From the NCBI GenBank assembly GCA_042218125.1, contig JBDGRN010000016.1, positions 3,408-67,407 of the forward strand: a DNA stretch of 64,000 nt, written 5' to 3'. The notes under the pieces were generated by a model that saw only the letters and a program-made list of their open reading frames with translations, was not told where the DNA came from and ran no database searches. Origin of the DNA: Halobacteria archaeon (lineage in GTDB: Archaea; Halobacteriota; Halobacteria; Halobacteriales; Halorutilaceae). Shown piece after piece: positions 1 to 9,484 of the stretch. A program made the position numbers and the translations under genes. The number at the start of each line of letters is the position of its first letter. Position 1 is the stretch's first letter.

Positions 1-69
1 GAAGATGACGATGAGGAGGGTGCCATCGATGAAGTCGACGAGGAGGTTGATACTGATGCCGGTGACGAT

Positions 70-1908
70 GTGATGAGTAAGGGAGGTGCCGGTTATGAGG
101 AGTCAGTCGAAAGGTCGGAAGAGGAGGGTGACGATGAGGAAGTTACGGGTAACGGCGCGGGTGGTAACGACTCATTCGGGATCAAGGCTCTCAGCAGCAT
201 TGACAGGGACGTAGAAGATACACAGGAAGTCGATGATTTCTTCGGCGGCAGGGACGTCAGGGGGGATGTAGAATCAGATTTTGATACGGTAGATGACTTC
301 TTCGAGAGAGGCGAGGTGGACGACGACTCGCTTAGCGAGGACAGCATAGACAGCCTGTTGAGCGAGGCTAAGAAAGGGATAGCGGAGTTCGAGGGTAAGG
401 AGGGATTCATCGAGTACGAGAGGTACTGGGTAAACAAACCGTACTCATACGTCGCCATACTTTACAGTGACGCGGAAAACGACTACATGTACTACGTCGT
501 CGAGCCCGAACTCGATGATTTCGAGCAGTCTGTACGTAGCGAGGTCGAGGAAAGACTACGTGACGTACTGATGTACGAGGACATGGAGGGGGAGACATCG
601 AAGGAGGTGGTTCTGGAGAAGAAAGCCCGCGGGATAATAGATGGCTACGGACTCGATATCGAGGACGACACCTTCAACAAGGTACTGTACTACCTCAAGA
701 GGGACTACGTCCACGACGGCAAGATCGATCCTATAATGCGTGACCCAGCAATCGAGGACGTGTCTTGTGACGGAGACAACGTACCGGTCTTCGTTTACCA
801 TTCGGATTACAGGGACCTGATGACGAATATAGAGTACAAAAAAGATGAACTCGACAGCTACGTTATAAAGCTGGCTCAGAAAAGCGGAAAACATATATCG
901 GTAGCAAAGCCCCTGGTCGACGCTTCGACTCCCGACGGTTCACGTGTCCAGATGACTCTCGGTAGGGAGGTTACCGACAGGGGTTCTACATTCACCATCC
1001 GTAAGTTCAATGACATTCCGTTAACGCCGATAGACCTGATCCAGTACAATACGTTCTCACTCGAACAGATGGCGTACCTATGGATGTGTATAGAAAACAA
1101 CAAGTCACTGATCTTCGCGGGGGGTACTGCTTCGGGTAAGACGACGAGCATGAACTCGGTGAGTCTGTTCATACCACCCAAGTCGAAGGTGATATCGATA
1201 GAGGACACCCGTGAGGTCACGCTTCCCCACATGAACTGGATTCCATCCGTCACGAGGGACAGTTTCGGCAGTGAAGACGTGGGTAACATAGACGAGTACG
1301 AACTACTGCGTGCCGCGCTACGTCAGAGGCCGGAGTACCTGGTCGTGGGTGAGGTGCGTGGTGAGGAGGCTCTTACGCTGTTCCAGGCGATGTCGACGGG
1401 ACATACAACCTACTCCACGATGCACGCCGACAGTGTCGACTCAGCGATTCATAGACTGGAGAATCCACCCATCAGCGTGCCCCGCTCTATGTTGAAGGCG
1501 CTCGACATCGTCTCCGTTCAGGCTCAAACCTTCGTAAAGGGTGAACGGGTGAGAAGGAACCAGAAGCTGGTGGAGATAATCGGCATCGATCCCAAAACCC
1601 GTAACATACGTACAGACGATGTTTTCGAGTGGGATGCAGAGACGGACAGCTTCATACGTACCGGAGACTCCGACGCCCTGGAGGAGATCAGGAAGAGCCG
1701 TGGATGGAACCAGCAGGAACTTGAACGTCAGCTAAACATGAGGCGGGAAGTACTGGAGTATCTGCTCGAGAACGGCATAACGGGGTATAGGGACGTCTCG
1801 AAGACGATTCACAGCTTCATAATTGACCCCGACCGCATAATGAACAGGATAAAGCAGGACGGACTGAAGCTGGATCAGCTCGACGCACCCGAATCAACCA
1901 ACGTATAG
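70..1908 (+). CDS. Type IV pilus/archaellum-type secretion ATPase (FlaI/ArlI-PilB-TadA family) with acidic N-terminal extension
   Basis: 612-aa ORF. It has Walker A GGTASGKTT, an LVVGEVRGEEA box and STGHTTYSTMHA, typical of FlaI/VirB11/TadA hexameric ATPases. The frame stays open back to nt 1, so the true start may lie upstream of the window. Confidence 0.85.
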   Translation: MMSKGGAGYEESVERSEEEGDDEEVTGNGAGGNDSFGIKALSSIDRDVEDTQEVDDFFGGRDVRGDVESDFDTVDDFFERGEVDDDSLSEDSIDSLLSEAKKGIAEFEGKEGFIEYERYWVNKPYSYVAILYSDAENDYMYYVVEPELDDFEQSVRSEVEERLRDVLMYEDMEGETSKEVVLEKKARGIIDGYGLDIEDDTFNKVLYYLKRDYVHDGKIDPIMRDPAIEDVSCDGDNVPVFVYHSDYRDLMTNIEYKKDELDSYVIKLAQKSGKHISVAKPLVDASTPDGSRVQMTLGREVTDRGSTFTIRKFNDIPLTPIDLIQYNTFSLEQMAYLWMCIENNKSLIFAGGTASGKTTSMNSVSLFIPPKSKVISIEDTREVTLPHMNWIPSVTRDSFGSEDVGNIDEYELLRAALRQRPEYLVVGEVRGEEALTLFQAMSTGHTTYSTMHADSVDSAIHRLENPPISVPRSMLKALDIVSVQAQTFVKGERVRRNQKLVEIIGIDPKTRNIRTDDVFEWDAETDSFIRTGDSDALEEIRKSRGWNQQELERQLNMRREVLEYLLENGITGYRDVSKTIHSFIIDPDRIMNRIKQDGLKLDQLDAPESTNV

Positions 1909-1909
1909 C

Positions 1910-3955
1910 ATGAGCGGGAAAACCGAGTCCGCAGACCAGGGCTGGATGCAAGCCGGAGGAAGAGTAGAAGCTTCAATCCTCACTAACCCGAAAACCTACC
2001 TCGACAGGATAGCTTACAGCTACTTCGGCGGTTACTTCGAGTCGAGGGAGGACGAGTTCGCGGACTTCAGAAAGACGATGAACCAGGCGAGGATGGAGGT
2101 TGGGTACGACATGTATCTCGCTCGAATGGTTCTGTACGGAGTTATCGTGGGGATAGTCGGTCTCTTACTTTCCTTCCTTCTGACGTTCGCGCTCTACGCA
2201 ACAGGTGTTCTGCAGTCCATATCTGTTGGTATACAGCTACCATCCAACATCTTCCAGATCGTACAGGACAACCTACTGATTATTTCGACAGTGATTATCG
2301 GGCTTCCGTTGGCGACTATTCTGATGGCGTTGACGGTTGGAGTAATGTACTTTTTACCTTCTATAAAGGCTGGAGAGAGAAAACGGGCAATAGAGTCAAA
2401 ACTACCACAGAGCGTCACATTTATGTACGCATTATCTCGGGGAGGGATGAATGTTCTTGAGGTAATCGAGGAGCTAGCGGACAGCGAGGACGTGTACGGC
2501 GAAGTCGCCAACGAGTTCGATATGATACTTAGGGACATGGACTACTTCGGAAACGACCTCAGGATTGCTCTCCGTAACGCGAGCGAGATGACGCCGAGCT
2601 CAAACATGAGTAGCTTCCTGGACGACATACTCAGCGTAATTGACTCCGGCGGAGACATCACTCCATTCCTCCTGAACAAAAGCGAACAGTACCACGAGAT
2701 CAGGAAACAGAACCAGAAAGGATTCCTCGACACACTTGCGTTAATGTCCGAGAGCTACGTTACGGCGTTTGTCGCGGCACCACTTTTTATCATAATCATT
2801 ACGACGATAATGAGTATAATGGGTGGCGCGAACATGATGCAGCTCTACGGCATAATCTATATGGTGCTTCCTATAGCTACCGCGGGTTTTGCGTTCGTCA
2901 TTAGGCTGCTGTCCCAGGAAGGTGGGGGAGCGGCGACCCAGCTCAAGATCGAGAAAAACGTTTACTCCAGGGAGGACCTGGAGGCCGCCGCTGAAGAGTC
3001 AAACGATGACAGGTTCGACCAGCTTGTGAAGGCGAAAAAGAGACAGTCTCTAATGTTCTTTCTCCGTAACCCGCTCAAGATAATACGGGAGAACCCACCC
3101 TATACGTTGATATTCACTGTGCCGCTGGCGTTGTTAGTGATGGGTTACGTCGTCTTTTCGGGGATTGCTTCGTTGTCGATAGATGCGTTTATGAGCCAGC
3201 CGTGGTGGAACACCACTACGATGCTGGTGGCACCGCTGTTAATAATAACGCTGCCTCTCTCGATATTTCACGAACTCAAACACAGGAGGGAGAAGAAGAT
3301 ACTGAAGGAGCTACCACAGATACTCAGGAAGCTTGAGAGCGCAAACGACACCGGTATGACGTTAAACCAGAGCATCGGGCTGATAAGCGAGAACTCAACG
3401 GGAGAACTCTCAAAAGAACTCGGACACGTATACAACCAGCTTCAGTGGAACACGGATATAAATCTGGCTCTGAGGGAGATGTCGAACCGTCTCAAGATAT
3501 CCCGCGTAAGCCGCGTCATCAAGGTAGTTACCAAGGCTAACGAATCCAGCGGAAACCTCCATGGTGTCCTCGAAGTGGCTGCAAGGGACGTAGAGAGCGA
3601 GTACAAACTCGATAAGGAGAGGTTCCAGAACATGATCATCTACACCGTAATAATCCTGATCAGCTTTCTGGTGTTTCTTTTCGTTATCGTGATACTCGAC
3701 AAACAGTTCCTCTCAAAAATGGCGGAGGTCGGGGGGAGCGGAGGTGGGTCAGCGTCGAAGGATTCGCCGTCGGGTATCAACTTCGGCGACGTACCTATTG
3801 ACACCTACCGGATGGTGTTCTTCCACGCCGCTATCATACAGGGATTCGGTTCCGGTTTGGTGGCGGGACAGATGGGTGAGGACGACCTGTTGAGCGGACT
3901 CAAGTACGGCATCGTTATGATGATGTTGGCGCTGATAATCTTCGCGTTCCTCTAA
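1910..3955 (+). CDS. FlaJ/ArlJ-PilC/TadC-type polytopic membrane platform protein
   Basis: 681-aa ORF starting 1 nt after the ATPase stop. It has many hydrophobic helices separated by two soluble helical domains (a duplicated T2SS-F-like architecture). This is the canonical partner of the upstream ATPase. Confidence 0.8.
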   Translation: MSGKTESADQGWMQAGGRVEASILTNPKTYLDRIAYSYFGGYFESREDEFADFRKTMNQARMEVGYDMYLARMVLYGVIVGIVGLLLSFLLTFALYATGVLQSISVGIQLPSNIFQIVQDNLLIISTVIIGLPLATILMALTVGVMYFLPSIKAGERKRAIESKLPQSVTFMYALSRGGMNVLEVIEELADSEDVYGEVANEFDMILRDMDYFGNDLRIALRNASEMTPSSNMSSFLDDILSVIDSGGDITPFLLNKSEQYHEIRKQNQKGFLDTLALMSESYVTAFVAAPLFIIIITTIMSIMGGANMMQLYGIIYMVLPIATAGFAFVIRLLSQEGGGAATQLKIEKNVYSREDLEAAAEESNDDRFDQLVKAKKRQSLMFFLRNPLKIIRENPPYTLIFTVPLALLVMGYVVFSGIASLSIDAFMSQPWWNTTTMLVAPLLIITLPLSIFHELKHRREKKILKELPQILRKLESANDTGMTLNQSIGLISENSTGELSKELGHVYNQLQWNTDINLALREMSNRLKISRVSRVIKVVTKANESSGNLHGVLEVAARDVESEYKLDKERFQNMIIYTVIILISFLVFLFVIVILDKQFLSKMAEVGGSGGGSASKDSPSGINFGDVPIDTYRMVFFHAAIIQGFGSGLVAGQMGEDDLLSGLKYGIVMMMLALIIFAFL

Positions 3956-4067
3956 CAGACCCCACCTCTCCAAACAAGTTCTATCACGTTAAAGACAAAG
4001 TTCATTAACAACGCTAGAAACCCAGGCACTTTCAAATTAGTAGTAGAATTAAGTTTATGGGTTAAAG

Positions 4068-5963
4068 ATGTGGGATTATCGGTTAAGTGTGAAATTTAAG
4101 GGTCAATATCCGTTAAGTGGGGCTAAACTACTTCAGCCTCCTGTTAGAACTGTCTGTCTCCGGAGTCTTCCCGGCGGGCGTTTTTCCGTACGTCTGGTTT
4201 TTACCGTGCTTCTTCTCGTATTCGCGATGTCGTTTACAGGTATAACAAACGCCGGCCATGTGTCCGAAGGTAGTTCTGGGGAACCGAACGTAGATCCTAC
4301 GGGTAAGGTAAACGGTTCCTCGAATCCTTTCAACATGACTGGGGAAGAAAACACTACCATCCTGGTTCTTGACCGGAGGGACGTCGACGAGAGATCACCG
4401 GAGAACCTCTTCAAGAACGACGACGGAACTGAGGGGATAGAAACCGGGAGCAGATGGATCTGGAAGGATCTGGAGTTCCGGGACGGGGTAGCAAAAAGCA
4501 CCCTCGACATCCGGTTCCTGAACACGACGGATCCAAAGGTCTACGTCAGAAATCCCGTGGAGGGAACTGTTGGATACACCTGGTCGGTGATCGGGCTGAA
4601 ACTGTTATCCGTCCCTGTCCGTGGGCAGTTTTCTTACCGGGAAGTCGTATCTATAACGTCAGATCCAGCTGTGGAGAACCTCAGAACTGACCGAGCTGGG
4701 GTCAAGTCACGTGAAATAGTGGTCGGTGCAGAACTAGATGGCTTCCTGGTTAGAGGGGATGCGTTAAACAACACTGGAAACGGTAGTTCACGGCTATTTG
4801 GCGACGTCGTAATGAATGAAACGGATCCTGATGAATCCGATACGTTGGGACAGGTATCCGATGAATCCGGTTTACTTGAAAAATACCGTGGCGAACCGGA
4901 GGTTGGGGGGCAGGGATCGGTTAACGTTTCCAACCAAAACCTCAGACTGCAGACTGCACACGGGTCAAACGGTTTACCAGGAACTGTCCCGGAGGGCTGG
5001 GTCTTACTACAGGGTGTTAACACGGAAGAATGGGGGTACAGATACGATGCGGTACTTGACACGGCTCTAAAAGATATCCGTCTGGGTCTGGTCGAGGGTG
5101 CCGGAGCTAACTACACAGTAAGGTTCGGTATGGTCAGCAACATACCACCGGAACCCAGTATAGAGATACGTCCAGATAAACCGGTACGGGATGAGCCAGT
5201 GGTTTTCGACAGTTCAGGGTCCCGGGACATCGACGGCTCTGTGGAAAACAGAATATGGACTGTCAATGGAGCTAGATACAGGGGTAGTAAGCTGAACCTG
5301 AGCTTCAACGAGTCAGGATACCACAACGTTTCGTTAACGGCTGTAGATGATCTCGGTACTGCAAAAACCAGGAATACACGGTTCTACGTTAACGAACCGG
5401 CAAACGTCGAGGTAACGGGGTTCAACCTTACCGGAAGAGGGAGAGGACCTGCACCCAACGTGACATTACGGGTGGAACTGAGGAATACTGGTGACATCCC
5501 GGGTAACTACTCACTTGAGATAAATAACAAAGGTGGTAAAAGCCAGGTGAAGAACGGAGAGGTTGCAGGTAGGAGTAACAAAACCGTCGTGTTTGACTAC
5601 GACTACGCGAACACTCTTCTCAATATTACGATGCAGGAAGAGGCGAGGAAGATATTCGGCTTCAACCAATCGGAACTGATAGAGCGGGATAGATGGAACT
5701 CCTCGGATATTGCGGGTGGAGTGGGTGGAATTGGTGGACAAGGCGGTAACGGCGGAGGTAGCAGTGGGGGTATCGGTGGGGGTGATGCGAACGGAGGTGG
5801 CGGGGGTGGTGAAGTAAATAGACCGGAGTTCGAGGGGATAAACATCGATCTCAGTGGCAACTCCCGGATACTCGTTCTGATCGTTATGTTGTCACTGGTT
5901 GTTTTACTCACACTGATGGTGGTCATAGCAGTCGCCCGGAGCGGCCTACTTGAGGGCGAATAG
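4068..5963 (+). CDS. Secreted/anchored surface protein with PKD domain, Gly-rich linker and C-terminal TM anchor
   Basis: N-terminal hydrophobic segment VRLVFTVLLLVFAMSF. PKD-like block PVVFDSSGSRDIDGSVENRIWTVNG...YHNVSLTAVDDLGT (about nt 5160-5418). About 19 N-x-S/T sequons. Gly-run GGVGGIGGQGGNGGGSSGGIGGG followed by TM ILVLIVMLSLVVLLTLMVVIAV. The exact start is uncertain. Confidence 0.7.
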   Translation: MWDYRLSVKFKGQYPLSGAKLLQPPVRTVCLRSLPGGRFSVRLVFTVLLLVFAMSFTGITNAGHVSEGSSGEPNVDPTGKVNGSSNPFNMTGEENTTILVLDRRDVDERSPENLFKNDDGTEGIETGSRWIWKDLEFRDGVAKSTLDIRFLNTTDPKVYVRNPVEGTVGYTWSVIGLKLLSVPVRGQFSYREVVSITSDPAVENLRTDRAGVKSREIVVGAELDGFLVRGDALNNTGNGSSRLFGDVVMNETDPDESDTLGQVSDESGLLEKYRGEPEVGGQGSVNVSNQNLRLQTAHGSNGLPGTVPEGWVLLQGVNTEEWGYRYDAVLDTALKDIRLGLVEGAGANYTVRFGMVSNIPPEPSIEIRPDKPVRDEPVVFDSSGSRDIDGSVENRIWTVNGARYRGSKLNLSFNESGYHNVSLTAVDDLGTAKTRNTRFYVNEPANVEVTGFNLTGRGRGPAPNVTLRVELRNTGDIPGNYSLEINNKGGKSQVKNGEVAGRSNKTVVFDYDYANTLLNITMQEEARKIFGFNQSELIERDRWNSSDIAGGVGGIGGQGGNGGGSSGGIGGGDANGGGGGGEVNRPEFEGINIDLSGNSRILVLIVMLSLVVLLTLMVVIAVARSGLLEGE

Positions 5964-6094
5964 TTTAAGGTAATAGCCGTCGGATTGGTTGTGTAGGTTT
6001 ACGGATTCTTAGATGGATACTGTGAACGTGTGGCTACCGTTGTTTGATGTATATTTAAGTTTATTATTACTTAATGTTAATCGGAGTCAACTGA

Positions 6095-6727
6095 ATGACC
6101 AAACTGGGAACCGGTATAGAGATACTGGATCAGAGGTTCGATGGGGGCTTTCCTGAAGGCAGCGTCATTACCCTGATAGCCGAACCTACGTCTACCGCCG
6201 AGCTTTTCCTCTACGACCTGAGTCAGACGAGGAAGACTCATTTCTTCACGACGACGAGGTCTGAATCCGTGGTACGGACTAACATGGAGCTTTTCGACAT
6301 GGATCTGGAGTCGCTGGAGATCTACGACCTTTACTCGCAGCACGAAGACGTAGAAAGTTTCGTCAGTGAATGTATCGAAAACGTCGAGGGTAACGACAAC
6401 ATTATATTCGACACGGCTAGTACGATGGTGGAGGAAAACCCGGAGTTCATCGACATTATCAACGAAGTATACCAAAAATCTCACGAGAAAAACGCATTAA
6501 CCTACATCTATATGATAAAGGACGACAACTCCCCTCTATCTTACGATGAAAGCCTTCTACCTTATATTTCGGACGTCGTGATGGAGATGATGGTCGACAT
6601 CTCGGGTGAGAAGGTTGAGAATCAGCTAGCTATAACCAAACTCAGGGGGGAAGAGCCTCCAAGCCGCACCATCAAGCTAAACATAGGTACCTCAATATCG
6701 ATAGACACCAGCAGAGATATCGCCTGA
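6095..6727 (+). CDS. KaiC/RecA-superfamily (ArlH/FlaH-like) protein with degenerate P-loop
   Basis: The N-terminus GIEILDQRFDGGFPEGSVITLIAEPTSTAELF resembles KaiC/FlaH-type ATPase starts, but GxxGxGK[ST] is replaced by AEPTSTAE. A Walker-B-like strand NIIFD is present. Confidence 0.6.
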   Translation: MTKLGTGIEILDQRFDGGFPEGSVITLIAEPTSTAELFLYDLSQTRKTHFFTTTRSESVVRTNMELFDMDLESLEIYDLYSQHEDVESFVSECIENVEGNDNIIFDTASTMVEENPEFIDIINEVYQKSHEKNALTYIYMIKDDNSPLSYDESLLPYISDVVMEMMVDISGEKVENQLAITKLRGEEPPSRTIKLNIGTSISIDTSRDIA

Positions 6728-6860
6728 CAACGGAGCGCTCCAACCCGTTTGTCGAAACCACTCTCCAACCTGAACTTTATTACAGGTCTTTACCTTTTCC
6801 ACCGCTTGCTTCCGCTTGCAACAACAACTAATCATTAAGGGCGGATCGGGTAGAGGACTT

Positions 6861-6948
6861 TCGGTATTATAGGTATTCGGTATTATAGGTATTCGGTACT
6901 ACAGGTATTCGGTACTCTAGGTACTTGGTACTCTAGGTACTCGGTACT
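6861..6948. repeat. Tandem repeat, 16-bp unit (TCGGTATTATAGGTAT), about 5.5 copies
   Basis: Copies start at 6861, 6877, 6893, 6909, 6925 and 6941, and they diverge progressively. The array lies in the spacer between convergent genes. Confidence 0.9.
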
Positions 6949-7000
6949 TTAATTCCCTGAGAAGTTAGAAACTTCAGATGTGATGGAGGTTTGGTGTATA

Positions 7001-8065
7001 CTATTGCTGTCTAGCTTTACGTGTCTCGGCTTCCCCCTCGACCGGGTCCTGTTCGAGCCATTCTTCGGCGTCTATAGCAGCCATACATCCCATTCCGGCG
7101 GCGGTAACGGCCTGCATGTAATGTCTGTCGCTGACGTCTCCCGCCGCGAAGATACCTTCGACATCGGTCTCACTGGTACGTCCCTCTACGGTGTTAATGT
7201 ATCCGTCCTCGTCCATGTCGACTCCCGTATCTTCGAGAAAGCCCGTGTTGGGGGTATGGCCGATGGCGTAGAAGACGCCGCCGCAGTCGTAGTCGAAGAC
7301 CTTGATCTCGTCGGCGTCTCCGTTCTCCCGCAGGGCTTCTTTAGGATGCCCGGACTCGTTTCTGACTAGCTTCGCCCCCGTGACGCCTTCCTCCTGGCTT
7401 CCGTAGATCTCTAAAAGCTCTGTGTTCCACATGAACTCGATGTCGGGGTTGTCGAACGCCCGTTCCTTCATTATCTCGCTCGCCCTTAGCTCCTCACGTC
7501 TATGTACCACGTGAACCTCGTCGGCGAACTTCGTGAGAAACAGGGCTTCCTCCATTGCGCTGTCTCCCCCACCTATCACGAGTAAACTGTCACCGCGGTG
7601 GAAGGCACCGTCACAGGTCGCGCACGTCGAAAGTCCATGTCCCATAAGCTCCTCCTCGTTTTCGGCACCCACCCATCTGGCGCTGGCGCCCGAAGCCACG
7701 ATGAAAGCCTTGGTTTTGAGGGTGTCGCCGCTCGAAAGCTCCAGTTCGAAAGGCGGTTCCATCTCCTCTCCGAGTCCGGAAACGTCGACCACGGCGTCCT
7801 GAAGGAACTCCGCACCGAACCTCTCCGCCTGCTGTTTCGATTCCTCTATCAGCTCGTAGGCGTCGACTCCGTCCTTGAAACCCGGGTAGTTCTCGACGTC
7901 GGTGGTGAGAGTAAGCTGGCCGCCGGGTTGGTCGCCCTCCAGGACAATGGGATCCAGGTCCGCTCGGCCGTTGTATACCGCTGCGGTCAAGCCAGCCATC
8001 CCGGAGCCGGCGATAACTACGTCGTGTAAGGTGGTTTCACTGTCGTTTTCCTCGTCTTTAGTCAT
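7001..8065 (-). CDS. trxB: Thioredoxin-disulfide reductase
   Basis: FAD motif IAGSGMAGLTAA, redox-active CATC (STCATCDG) and NADPH motif IGGGDSAMEEA. 354 aa. Confidence 0.9.
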   Translation of the reverse strand: MTKDEENDSETTLHDVVIAGSGMAGLTAAVYNGRADLDPIVLEGDQPGGQLTLTTDVENYPGFKDGVDAYELIEESKQQAERFGAEFLQDAVVDVSGLGEEMEPPFELELSSGDTLKTKAFIVASGASARWVGAENEEELMGHGLSTCATCDGAFHRGDSLLVIGGGDSAMEEALFLTKFADEVHVVHRREELRASEIMKERAFDNPDIEFMWNTELLEIYGSQEEGVTGAKLVRNESGHPKEALRENGDADEIKVFDYDCGGVFYAIGHTPNTGFLEDTGVDMDEDGYINTVEGRTSETDVEGIFAAGDVSDRHYMQAVTAAGMGCMAAIDAEEWLEQDPVEGEAETRKARQQ

Positions 8066-8175
8066 TTACTGGCTTTAGGTTGGCTTCCATCTTCAAGCTA
8101 CTGACTCGATTAAGTTCTACCCGTGACCGGCAATGGGGAAAACCATATAGTTGGCCTACTCCTTTTTCTACAGTG

Positions 8176-8604
8176 ATGACCGACTGTATTTTCTGCAAAA
8201 TTGTGGATGGAGAGATACCGTCCCGGACGGTCTACGAGGACGACGAAGTAATAGCATTCCTGGATGTCAACCCGCTGTCGAGGGGACATACCCTCGTGGT
8301 TCCGAAGGAACACGAAGCCAGCCTCGATGATCTCGGCGACGAGGTCCACGATGCCGTGATAGAGACGGTTCACGGTATCGCGCCGGACGTCACGGAGGCG
8401 GTTGACGCACCCGCGTACAACCTGGGTATCAACAACGGTCCCGAGGCAGGGCAGGAAGTACCCCACGTACATTACCACGTGGTTCCACGTTTCGAGGGAG
8501 ACGGCGGAGGACCTATACACGCGATTATGCCGTCACCACCCGAGATACCGGACGGGGAGATGGACGATATAGAGGAAGCCGTGGGTGACGAGATAGAAGG
8601 TTAG
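8176..8604 (+). CDS. HIT-family (histidine triad) nucleotide hydrolase/transferase
   Basis: Histidine triad HVHYHVVPR, and the typical N-terminus MTDCIFCKIVDGEIP. I chose the internal ATG at 8176 rather than the ORF-track start at 8080. Confidence 0.85.
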   Translation: MTDCIFCKIVDGEIPSRTVYEDDEVIAFLDVNPLSRGHTLVVPKEHEASLDDLGDEVHDAVIETVHGIAPDVTEAVDAPAYNLGINNGPEAGQEVPHVHYHVVPRFEGDGGGPIHAIMPSPPEIPDGEMDDIEEAVGDEIEG

Positions 8605-8728
8605 CTTATTTTTGGTTTGGTAGTGCCCGGACTGGGTTAAGTTATTTCCGTGATAGGATATTTCTGTATGGAACCGATGCTGGATGGAAACGATGACGTT
8701 TTTTGGCTCGGGGGTTTATTCCACGTAC

Positions 8729-9343
8729 ATGAGTTACGATTCTGCTTTAGACAGGGCTTACGAGAACATGCCCGAGATGGAGGTCAGTGAGGACCGTTTC
8801 CAGGTTCCCGAACCCGAGGTCCATATACAGGGCAAGTCGACGCTCCTGTCCAACTTCCAGGACATCGTCGATACCCTCAACAGGGACCAGGAACACCTGA
8901 TGAAGTACCTCCAGCGCGAGATAGGTACCGCAGGCCAGATCGGTGAGGGCGGACGTGCACAGTTCAAAGGCGAGTTCTCTCCCGACGAGTTCGAACAGAT
9001 CCTCGACGCCTACGTGGGCGAGTTCGTCCTATGTAGCGAATGTGGCCGTCCCGACACCCATCTGGAGAAGGAGGGTAGGACGAAGATGCTCAGATGCGAC
9101 GCTTGTGGTGCGTTCCGGCCGATATCGAAGAGCACCGGAAGTTCGACGACTAAGAAGAAGAAAGAGGTTGAGGAAGGAGAGACCTACGAACTCAAGATCA
9201 CGGCGATAGGGAACAAGGGTGACGGTATAGCGAAGAAAGGAAGCTACACTATATTCGTTCCCAACTCGAAGGAGGGTGAGATCGTTCGTGCGCGGATAAA
9301 CAATATTTCGGGTAACCTGGCTTTCGCAGACAGGGTCGACTGA
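8729..9343 (+). CDS. Translation initiation factor aIF2 beta subunit with C-terminal TRAM-like domain
   Basis: aIF2-beta core (LMKYLQREIGTAG...) with zinc ribbon CSECGRPDT...CDACGA. After a K-rich linker, the C-terminal about 60 aa (YELKITAIGNKGDGIAKKGSYTIFVPNSKEGEIVRARI) looks like a TRAM beta-barrel. I chose the ATG at 8729. Confidence 0.85.
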   Translation: MSYDSALDRAYENMPEMEVSEDRFQVPEPEVHIQGKSTLLSNFQDIVDTLNRDQEHLMKYLQREIGTAGQIGEGGRAQFKGEFSPDEFEQILDAYVGEFVLCSECGRPDTHLEKEGRTKMLRCDACGAFRPISKSTGSSTTKKKKEVEEGETYELKITAIGNKGDGIAKKGSYTIFVPNSKEGEIVRARINNISGNLAFADRVD

Positions 9344-9440
9344 TAAATACGGAAAAGGAACGCGGACCGTAGATCTGACGGCCCATAAAATTAACCGGGA
9401 TAGATCAAAATAACCGGTTATGCCGGTTTCTGAGTCTGCC

Positions 9441-9484
9441 TTGTTTTCTGGATTTAACTTACCTTTTTTCTGGATTTAACTTAC
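9441..9484. repeat. Tandem repeat, about 21-22-bp T-rich unit (TTTTTTCTGGATTTAACTTAC), 2 copies, with a third copy at 9603-9622 beyond the MITE-like insert
   Basis: Direct reading shows TTGTTTTCTGGATTTAACTTACC, TTTTTTCTGGATTTAACTTAC and, after the insert, TTTTTTCTGAATTAACTTTC. Confidence 0.85.

Noticed and set aside
5603-5926. 107-aa minus-strand ORF with a poly-proline tract.
   Set aside because: It is the antisense of the poly-glycine (GGN codon) linker of the PKD surface protein.
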